Shown here one piece after another: positions 28,897 through 35,924 of a stretch of 64,000 nucleotides of DNA. Under the pieces are notes generated by a model. The model was not told the DNA's origin. It ran no database searches and saw nothing but the letters and a program-made list of their open reading frames with translations. Each line of letters begins with the position of its first letter. The stretch's first letter is position 1. The position numbers were made by a program, and so were the translations under genes. This DNA is from Alphaproteobacteria bacterium (GTDB lineage Bacteria > Pseudomonadota > Alphaproteobacteria > Thalassobaculales > Thalassobaculaceae): the NCBI GenBank assembly GCA_024742275.1, contig JANSYS010000013.1, forward strand, positions 27,704-91,703, read 5' to 3'.

Positions 28897-31452
28897 TCAG
28901 GCAACCGTCGCCAACCGACGGGATGCGATCGCCTCGTCTATCGCGTGGTTCAAGGCGGCCGGATCAATGGGCTTTGAAACGAAGCGGTCTATGCCCGCGT
29001 CGCGGCAGGCGTTCTGGCTCTCTTCCATAACGTCTGCGGTGAGGGCGATGATCGGGATACGCGCCTTGTCGTCGGCCCTCTCCCGGATGCGCTGAGCCGC
29101 CTCGAGCCCGGACATCACCGGCATGCGAATGTCCATCACGATCACGTCGAAGTCGTCGGCCTCCACAGCCTGGACGGCTTCGCTTCCGTTGCTGGCAAGA
29201 ACGACGGTGTGACCTTGTTTGTTCAACAACGCCTCGACGATCATCCTGTTCACCTCGACATCTTCCGCAACCAGGATCCGATGCTTCAGCGGCGTTGACC
29301 TGCGGCCCGGTCCATCGACGATCTCCGCGGTTTCCTCTTCGCCAACCGCGTGGAAGGGGAGTTGGACGGTGAAGGTGCTGCCTTCGCCGAACCGACTCTC
29401 GGCTGAAATGGTGCCTTTCAACAGGTGGGCCAGCCTCTGACAGATGGCCAGACCCAGTCCGGTGCCCTGGTGCGTCCGGCTGATCGAGGCGTCGGCCTGG
29501 GTGAAGGGAGTGAAGAGGTTCGGCAGGATCTCCTGCTTGATGCCGATCCCGGTATCGGTCACCCGAAGGCTCAGATCGCCGCTGGCCGGATCGATTCCGC
29601 AGCGCAGGACCACGGACCCGGCGTCGGTGAACTTGATCGCGTTGCCGAGCAGGTTGACGAGGATCTGGCGCAGGCGTGTCGGATCGCCTTTGACCCGACG
29701 GGGCACGTCCGGGTCGACCGTGGCGGAGATGCTCACCAGATCGAGTTTCGGGGCGGGGCAGATCTGCCTCGTTAGGCCGACGACATCCTCGATGAGCGGG
29801 CGCACCTCGAAGTCGATCTCCTCGACGAGCATCTTCCCGGCGTCGAGTTTCGACAGGTCCAGGATCTCGTTCAGGATCGTCAACAAGCCGGCGGACGCCC
29901 CTTTGATCCTTCGCACCTTGTCCGCCCATTCGGGCTTGAGATCCTCGTCCAGGAGAAGATCGGCCAACCCCATGATCCCGGTCATCGGCGTCCGGATCTC
30001 ATGGCTCATCGAGGCCAGGAACTCGGATTTGGCCTGGTTGGCCGCTTCCGCCGCCTCCTGGGCTTCCTTGAGTTCGGTGATGTCGACCCTGAGCGCGACA
30101 ATGCCGCCATCCGGGGTCGGACGTTCGCTCAGCTTCAGCCAGCGGCCGTCCCGAAGCTTCTGGTTCATCTCGCCGCCGGTTCTGTGCGCCTGCAGCCGGG
30201 CGCGAATCTGATCCTCGATATCTGCGTCCGGGTCGGCCTGCTGCGATCCATCCGTTGGTTGCGGCTGCACGTAGTTGCCGTGTTCGGCCAAGGTGCGCAG
30301 GATCGTCTCGAACTGGACTCCGGGTTTGATGATCTCCGATCCCTCGGTGATCAGCGCCTTGTATTTTCGGTTCGCGAGGACCAAACGGTCGTCCTTGTCG
30401 AACAGCACGAAACCGTCGTCGATCGAATCGATGGCCATGAGGAGCACCTTCTCGGCGTGCTCTGCTCTTTCCGTCTCACGCTTGCGAAGCGTGATGTCGT
30501 TCTCGATCGCGATGAACTTTTTCGGTTGCCCCGGCTCCTGGATGGCCTGGCAACTGATCTCCACCCAATAGGGCGTTCCGTCCTTGTGATAGTTCAGGAC
30601 CTCAACGTCGAACCCCACCCCTTGGGAGAGGCAGGTGCCCATCTCCCGGACGGTCTTCGGATCGGTATCCGGTCCCTGCAGGAAATCGCCCGGCTTGAGG
30701 CCGACGGTCTCGGCGAGCGAATAGCCGGTGGTACGGGTGAAACCTTCGTTCACCCACTCTATGCGCCCCTGTTCATCGGTGATGATGACGGAGTTTGTTG
30801 TCTTGCGGGCCACCAGCGAGAGTTTCGAGTCCTCCACTTGCTGTTTGGCCATTCTCGCGCGCATCTGCATGTGCCGACGCGTGCATCCGAGCGCTAGGCC
30901 GACGATCACCGTGCTCGCGATATTGTTGGCGAGCAGGATGAAACCGGCCTTGCGGATGATCTCGATGCCGGTCGCCACATCCGTGCTGACAAAGAACGCG
31001 GGGAGCACAGCCAGCGTTCCGAGGGTGCCGATCGCGACGAGCACACCTGGGCCGATCTCCCGGCGGGCCCGCCGCAACACCGCCATGACCAGCAGGCCGA
31101 AGGCGCCGTAGAGCAGGAATCCTACCGCGCCGCCGAGGGCCATCGGACCGCCCACCAGATAGTATCGTCCGGCAGCGCCGATTGCGGCCGCGACCAGCGC
31201 CCCGACCGGTCCTCCGAACACGGCGGCGAGGATCGTGGGTCCCGCGCGCGGATCGAATGTGGAGCCGATTGGAAGTTCGATCGGCTGGAGCATGACGGTA
31301 ACGATCACGATACCGAAGAGGGTGCCGATGATGACGCCGTGGAGTTGGCGCATTGCGCCGACGGCTGCCTTTGACTCGATGAACGCCACGCATAGGGACA
31401 GTATTACGAGAAGGCCGAGCCCACCTACGAATTGGGGTATCAGCACGGACAC
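28897..31452 (-). CDS. Hybrid sensor histidine kinase/response regulator (multi-TM N-terminal sensor, PAS domains, HisKA, HATPase_c, REC)
   Basis: About 190 aa of TM helices, PAS regions, H-box SHEIRTPM, N/G boxes (NLLGNAIKFT, DTGIGI, GTGLGL) and a receiver domain (ILVAEDVEVN...DIRMP). GTG start. Confidence 0.9.
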   Translation of the reverse strand: MSVLIPQFVGGLGLLVILSLCVAFIESKAAVGAMRQLHGVIIGTLFGIVIVTVMLQPIELPIGSTFDPRAGPTILAAVFGGPVGALVAAAIGAAGRYYLVGGPMALGGAVGFLLYGAFGLLVMAVLRRARREIGPGVLVAIGTLGTLAVLPAFFVSTDVATGIEIIRKAGFILLANNIASTVIVGLALGCTRRHMQMRARMAKQQVEDSKLSLVARKTTNSVIITDEQGRIEWVNEGFTRTTGYSLAETVGLKPGDFLQGPDTDPKTVREMGTCLSQGVGFDVEVLNYHKDGTPYWVEISCQAIQEPGQPKKFIAIENDITLRKRETERAEHAEKVLLMAIDSIDDGFVLFDKDDRLVLANRKYKALITEGSEIIKPGVQFETILRTLAEHGNYVQPQPTDGSQQADPDADIEDQIRARLQAHRTGGEMNQKLRDGRWLKLSERPTPDGGIVALRVDITELKEAQEAAEAANQAKSEFLASMSHEIRTPMTGIMGLADLLLDEDLKPEWADKVRRIKGASAGLLTILNEILDLSKLDAGKMLVEEIDFEVRPLIEDVVGLTRQICPAPKLDLVSISATVDPDVPRRVKGDPTRLRQILVNLLGNAIKFTDAGSVVLRCGIDPASGDLSLRVTDTGIGIKQEILPNLFTPFTQADASISRTHQGTGLGLAICQRLAHLLKGTISAESRFGEGSTFTVQLPFHAVGEEETAEIVDGPGRRSTPLKHRILVAEDVEVNRMIVEALLNKQGHTVVLASNGSEAVQAVEADDFDVIVMDIRMPVMSGLEAAQRIRERADDKARIPIIALTADVMEESQNACRDAGIDRFVSKPIDPAALNHAIDEAIASRRLATVA

Positions 31453-31690
31453 CAGAACTCTCCCGACAGTCGACGAGACAGGATAATATGTTTGATGTTT
31501 CTAAAATTTTATTAACACGAAAAAAATTATTAATAACGGGTATTTATGTGGTTCTTGGCAGTCGATTTGGTGCCGCGCCCAAGGGAAGCGCCGGCATGCC
31601 GATCCCGCGCGTCTTCGAGCGAGCGCCGTCGTCGCAAGGGGCGAAGTGGGAGTCTTTGGAAAGCTGGCGGAGGGAGGGTCCGCCGAACTA

Positions 31691-31716
31691 CTATCCACCC
31701 ACATCCGATTCTATCT
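31691..31716. repeat. Left copy of an imperfect direct repeat (candidate attL)
   Basis: CTATCCACCCACATCCGATTCTAT compared with CTATCCCATCCGAGTTCTAT at 46629..46648. Three identical blocks (6+7+6 nt) separated by two indels. Confidence 0.35.
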
Positions 31717-31843
31717 AATTCATGCGCTATTTTCTGCGATTTTTTGTGCGCCATCGCAGCTAGCCGTCCCGTTGCGTCCGCTTGCGTTCCCATAAAACCG
31801 ACCCATCTATGGGGAACTGTTTTGGGAACGGAGGCAGATCCCC

Positions 31844-33091
31844 ATGCCGCGCAAGCTCAGCAACGCCCTCACACCGCTGACCGTGAAGAACGCCAAGCCG
31901 GGACGGCACGCCGACGGCGGGGGGCTGCATCTGCTGGTGAAGGAAAGCGGGGCGCGGTCCTGGGTCTACCGGTTCATGCTCAACGGCAAGTCTCGCGACG
32001 TGGGGCTCGGCCCGGCGGCGGGCGCGGATGCGGTTACCCTCGCAGATGCCCGCGACAAGGCGGCGGCACTGCGGCTGAAGGTGAAGGCAGGCATAGATCC
32101 CATCGAGGAACGCGACAGGGAGGCCGCACAGGCCCTTGCAGCGGCTCAGGCGGCGAAGATTGCGGGGATTACCTTCAAGGCCGCTGCAGAGGCTTACATC
32201 GCCGCTAATGAGGATGGCTGGCGCAACCTGAAGCACCGCCAGCAATGGACCAACACGCTTGCTACCTACGTCTACCCGGTGATCGGTGATCTGCCGGTCG
32301 CGGAGGTCGACACCGCTCACGTTCTGGCGATCCTTGAGCCGATCTGGAAGACCAAGGCCGAAACCGCGAGCCGGATACGTGGACGGATCGAAACCGTTCT
32401 CGACTCCGCCAAGGCCCGGGGCCAACGCAGCGGCGAGAACCCGGCCCGCTGGCGCGGTCACATAGCGCTGATCCTGCCGCCGCGAACCAAGCTGGCGCGG
32501 GGCCACCACAAGGCGATGCCCTATGACGCCGTTCCGGCGTTCATGGAGCGACTGCGCACCCGCGAGGCCATGGCGGCCCTCGCCCTGGAATTCACGATCC
32601 TGACGGCGGCACGGACCGGGGAGGTCATCGGCGCCGACTGGTCGGAAGTGGATCTTGAGAACGCGGTCTGGATTGTTCCGGGAGAGCGCATGAAGGCGGG
32701 CAGGCCGCACCGGGTTCCCCTGTCACCGCGCGCAGTTGAGATCCTGAAGACCGTCCAGCCACTCGGCAGCCGCTGGCTGTTCCCCAGCGACCGGGGCGGA
32801 AAGCTCTCAGGCATGGCTATGAGCATGCTGCTGCGGCGGATGAAGGTCGATGTCACCGTTCACGGTTTCCGAAGCGCGTTCCGCGATTGGTCCGCTGAGT
32901 CGACAGGCTACGCGCATGAGGTCTGCGAGATGGCGCTGGCTCATGTGATCGGGAACAAGGCGGAGGCCGCATACCGGCGCGGCGATCTGTTCGAGAAGCG
33001 CCGGAAGCTCATGGACGAGTGGGCTCGCTTTTGCGCCACACCGAAACCTGAGGGTGCGACAGTCACTCCCATTCGGGAGGCAATGGCATGA
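31844..33091 (+). CDS. Tyrosine-type site-specific integrase, P4-like (DUF4102 N-terminal arm-binding domain)
   Basis: LTPLTVKNAKPGRHADGGGLHLLVKESGARSWVYRF N-terminus. Catalytic ARTGEV (R), HGFRSAFRDW (HxxR) and LAHV...AYRRGD (H..Y). Confidence 0.9.
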   Translation: MPRKLSNALTPLTVKNAKPGRHADGGGLHLLVKESGARSWVYRFMLNGKSRDVGLGPAAGADAVTLADARDKAAALRLKVKAGIDPIEERDREAAQALAAAQAAKIAGITFKAAAEAYIAANEDGWRNLKHRQQWTNTLATYVYPVIGDLPVAEVDTAHVLAILEPIWKTKAETASRIRGRIETVLDSAKARGQRSGENPARWRGHIALILPPRTKLARGHHKAMPYDAVPAFMERLRTREAMAALALEFTILTAARTGEVIGADWSEVDLENAVWIVPGERMKAGRPHRVPLSPRAVEILKTVQPLGSRWLFPSDRGGKLSGMAMSMLLRRMKVDVTVHGFRSAFRDWSAESTGYAHEVCEMALAHVIGNKAEAAYRRGDLFEKRRKLMDEWARFCATPKPEGATVTPIREAMA

Positions 33092-33789
33092 CCGAACCGA
33101 AACCCGGGAAGATCACGATTTCTGGATGGCCCGATCCGAACGATTGGTTCAATCGTCTCTATCAGCAGCTTGCGGGACGGTATGAAAAATACACAGAGGA
33201 AGAAGACGTTCTTATGAGGCGGAACAAGGCGGGCGCGATGTTGGGCGATGTCGTCTCCGCGCTCATGGAGTTCCCACCGTTCAAGAGTGATTCGGTGCAC
33301 ATGCCGTTGAAGGATCTGCTGATCTTTCTTGCTGATCTAGATAAGGGTAGAGACCACCCGTGGACGCAGGTTGTTGGCGTCGGTGGCACAAACATCTCCA
33401 CAACGGCCAAAGCCGAGCTTAAGAGCTGGGTTCGTGTTCTTTATAACCTTCTGATACAGAACAATTTTAGACCGGTCGAAGCTTATCAGCACATTGCCTC
33501 AGTGCTCACAAACACCGGAAGAACCGGCAGAGATAGGTCTGAACCTGTGCGGTGGCGCTTGGTGCAAGGTTGGTGCAGGGAGGAAGGTTCGAATAGGGAC
33601 CTGATAATTCAAGAGCGGTTGGACGGTTGGTGGGAAGACTGGCAGCGCCAAGTGACAGACACCGCGCCAGACCGTGCCTCACCTCAAGAAATTGAAGCCC
33701 GAGACAAGGCCCTGGCAGCGCAAATCGCAAGTGTTTGCCTAGATTTACCGCATCTGAGAGACCGGTTTTTTTCGGGTGTATCGGACTAA
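33088..33789 (+). CDS. Hypothetical protein (no domain recognised), translationally coupled to the integrase
   Basis: ATGA stop/start overlap with the integrase and GGGAGG 7 nt upstream. G+C is lower (line 33421-33480 is about 40%). Confidence 0.6.
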   Translation: MTEPKPGKITISGWPDPNDWFNRLYQQLAGRYEKYTEEEDVLMRRNKAGAMLGDVVSALMEFPPFKSDSVHMPLKDLLIFLADLDKGRDHPWTQVVGVGGTNISTTAKAELKSWVRVLYNLLIQNNFRPVEAYQHIASVLTNTGRTGRDRSEPVRWRLVQGWCREEGSNRDLIIQERLDGWWEDWQRQVTDTAPDRASPQEIEARDKALAAQIASVCLDLPHLRDRFFSGVSD

Positions 33790-33861
33790 TCCGCTCGCTC
33801 CCTCAGCTTAGTCCCACATCGTCCGGACAATCCCGTCCGTGACCTTGCGGGAACAGGAACC

Positions 33862-34050
33862 ATGGAAAACCCCATCGCTGTTACGATCCCCGACGCCGTG
33901 AGGATGTCGGGCATGAGCCGCACATCGATCTATGAGGCGTTGAAGCGCGGAGACATCACCGCCCGGAAGGCGGGGCGGCGAACGCTGATACCGTTTGCCG
34001 ATCTGCAGGCCTACCTGGCCAGCCTTCCGCAATACCGGGCGGGAGCGTGA
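33862..34050 (+). CDS. Excisionase / AlpA-like helix-turn-helix DNA-binding protein
   Basis: 62 aa. VRMSGMSRTSIYEALKRGDITARKAGRRTLI is a typical HTH_17/excisionase-family pattern. Confidence 0.75.
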   Translation: MENPIAVTIPDAVRMSGMSRTSIYEALKRGDITARKAGRRTLIPFADLQAYLASLPQYRAGA

Positions 34051-34053
34051 GCC

Positions 34054-34281
34054 ATGAGCGCGCAGCACAAGCGAGGTGGGGTTGTCCCTCTGCCTTTCGC
34101 CACGCCCCGACAGGCCGCGTTGGCCGTCCTCACCAAGTTCCCTGACCTCCGACTGAAGACTGCCGGGTTTCTTGGCTATGTGTGCGTCGCGGATCAACTG
34201 ACCGACAAACAGCACGGGTGGCTCGTCTCGATCCTCGAAAAGCGAGGCCTGCCGCCTCTCTCGGACGGGTGGGGCGACTGA
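34054..34281 (+). CDS. Small hypothetical island protein
   Basis: 75-aa ORF starting 3 nt after the excisionase stop and ending in a TGATG overlap with the next ORF. Confidence 0.5.
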   Translation: MSAQHKRGGVVPLPFATPRQAALAVLTKFPDLRLKTAGFLGYVCVADQLTDKQHGWLVSILEKRGLPPLSDGWGD

Positions 34282-35099
34282 TGTTCGGCCCCCTGCTCCT
34301 ACCGTCGCCGGGAGAGCGGCATACGCTCTTTTTGAAACTTCACCGTGGGCCGCATTTCGGTGAAGTTTCAAACGTGCCGCTCCACCCGAGAAGGCCAAGG
34401 TTTCCGCCGATCCGACGGAATGGCACGGCTGCTGCAATAAGATATCTAAACTTAGTTGTGGCAGCCTATTCCGCTCCAAAGCCCACCGGCAGAGGCGGAG
34501 CCCGCAACCGAGCCGACCGTGTAAGCCATTGTCTGAGCGAAGCACAGGTTGCCAACCTGATCGCGGCAGCCGCTCATGCGTCGGAGATCGGGTTACCGCT
34601 CAATCGCCTGACAACGATCCACTGGGAGGCCGCTGGCATCCCTCTGGAGGCCATGGCGCGAGCGACCGGGCGGTTTGTTGACTTGCTCTCGAAAGCGGTA
34701 GCGCGACACGGTGCGGGAACGGCGTGGCTGTGGGTTCATGAGAACGGCGCCAGCAAGGGGGCACACTGCCACCTGCTCGCTCACGTTCCGCCGGTCGCGG
34801 TCGGGACGATCACCAAACGGCAGCGGGGATGGCTGAAGCGCATCACCGGCAGGCCCTATCGGCGGCGTGTGATCCTGAGCAGACCCATTGGCGGGCGCGT
34901 AGGCCTGGAAGCGACCAACCCAGCCCTTCATGCCGCAAACCTTCAGGCGGCGCTCTCCTACTGCCTGAAGGGTGCGGACCCGGCGGCAGTAGCGGCGTTC
35001 CAACTGCGCCGCTGTGAGCCGGGCGGAAAGATCATCGGGAAACGCTGCGCCACCTCTCAGAACATCGGCCCGAAGGCCCGATGGGAGGCACGTCGATGA
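34281..35099 (+). CDS. Hypothetical protein with HUH (HCH) and YxxK motifs; possible Rep/relaxase-like HUH endonuclease (YfjJ/Gp2-like)
   Basis: WLWVHENGASKGAHCHLLAHV (HCH at 34764..34772) followed by SYCLKG (YCLK at 34959..34970). Start chosen at the TGATG overlap; the N-terminal limit is uncertain. Confidence 0.5.
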   Translation: MFGPLLLPSPGERHTLFLKLHRGPHFGEVSNVPLHPRRPRFPPIRRNGTAAAIRYLNLVVAAYSAPKPTGRGGARNRADRVSHCLSEAQVANLIAAAAHASEIGLPLNRLTTIHWEAAGIPLEAMARATGRFVDLLSKAVARHGAGTAWLWVHENGASKGAHCHLLAHVPPVAVGTITKRQRGWLKRITGRPYRRRVILSRPIGGRVGLEATNPALHAANLQAALSYCLKGADPAAVAAFQLRRCEPGGKIIGKRCATSQNIGPKARWEARR

Positions 35100-35791
35100 C
35101 CAGACGATCAAAGACCAAGACCGACACCGAGAAGCGACCGCCGACCGAGCTGCAATTGCAGACCGCTGACGGGGAGAGCGGCGACGCGGCGTTGGCCAGG
35201 GCCATGCTCGAACCCTATGTGCGGCATGGGCTGATCGCGGGAACCTTCGCGGGACGCTCGATGGCGTCAACGGAAGATAAACCCCGGCTCATGGAGAGCG
35301 CTGCCTTCATCGACGCTCAGGCGACGGCGGCAGCGGGTGCGGACATGTCTCTGCTCAGCCAAATGCTGACCGCTCAGACAATCACCCTCGACAGCATCTT
35401 CACCGAGCTATGCCGATGCGCGGTCCTTAACCTGAGCGACTACCCGCATGCCGCCGACCGATACACCCGGCTTGCCCTGAAGGCCCAATCCAACTGCCGG
35501 GCAACCATGGAAGCCCTCGCCAAGCTTCACCAGCCGCGAGAGCAGACTGTGCGGCATGTCCATGTGGGCGACGGCGGCAAGGCCATCGTTGCCGAGCAGT
35601 TTCACCAACACGCCAGAGGGGGCCGGAATGAAGAATCCGCCGAACAATCCCATGCAACCGCCTCAACTGGCAGCGGCGCCAAGATGCTTGGCCACGACGC
35701 GGGCGGGCACGCCCTGCCAATCCCCAGCGGTGAAAGGACGGAGACGGTGCCGAATGCACGGCGGCACAAATCCCGGCGCTCCAAAGGGTAA
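35096..35791 (+). CDS. Hypothetical island protein (type common in alphaproteobacterial integrative elements)
   Basis: ATGA overlap with the previous ORF and GGGAGG 7 nt upstream. No domain recognised. Confidence 0.55.
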   Translation: MTRRSKTKTDTEKRPPTELQLQTADGESGDAALARAMLEPYVRHGLIAGTFAGRSMASTEDKPRLMESAAFIDAQATAAAGADMSLLSQMLTAQTITLDSIFTELCRCAVLNLSDYPHAADRYTRLALKAQSNCRATMEALAKLHQPREQTVRHVHVGDGGKAIVAEQFHQHARGGRNEESAEQSHATASTGSGAKMLGHDAGGHALPIPSGERTETVPNARRHKSRRSKG

Positions 35792-35879
35792 CCGGAACGC
35801 CTGGAAGCATGGCGCGCGGTCAACCGAAGCTCAGGCGGTTGCGCGGTGGCTGGCAGCCCTGCAAAAAGCGGCGACTTGA
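35628..35879 (+). CDS. HGGxSTG-type small basic protein (CxxxxxxxxC...RCRMHGG motif)
   Basis: RCLATTRAGTPCQSPAVKGRRRCRMHGGTNPGAPKGNRNAWKHG. It overlaps the preceding ORF out of frame by about 164 nt. Start is uncertain (35628 or 35652). Confidence 0.6.
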   Translation: MKNPPNNPMQPPQLAAAPRCLATTRAGTPCQSPAVKGRRRCRMHGGTNPGAPKGNRNAWKHGARSTEAQAVARWLAALQKAAT

Positions 35880-35886
35880 TAAGGCT

Positions 35887-35914
35887 GACCGCAATGGGTG
35901 GGAAGCGGTCGTTT
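35887..35914 (+). terminator. Hairpin between convergent genes (weak intrinsic terminator candidate)
   Basis: GACCGC-12 nt-GCGGTC followed by GTTTG. Confidence 0.3.
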
Positions 35915-35924
35915 GAGCAGTCAG

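Noticed and set aside
31560-31720. tRNA or (two-piece) tmRNA gene as the integration target of the P4-type integrase
   Set aside because: I looked on both strands for a T-arm (GGTTCGAATCC-like), an acceptor stem plus CCA, and an alphaproteobacterial tag-peptide reading frame. None was found, only short hairpins such as GGCGGA-N7-TCCGCC. This needs tRNAscan-SE or ARAGORN to be certain.
35081-35879. Calling the two overlapping ORFs a single frameshifted pseudogene
   Set aside because: Each ORF has its own plausible start, and both sequence types look like complete, recurrent island proteins from memory. I kept them as two genes but flagged the overlap as a finding, because I cannot exclude a frameshift.
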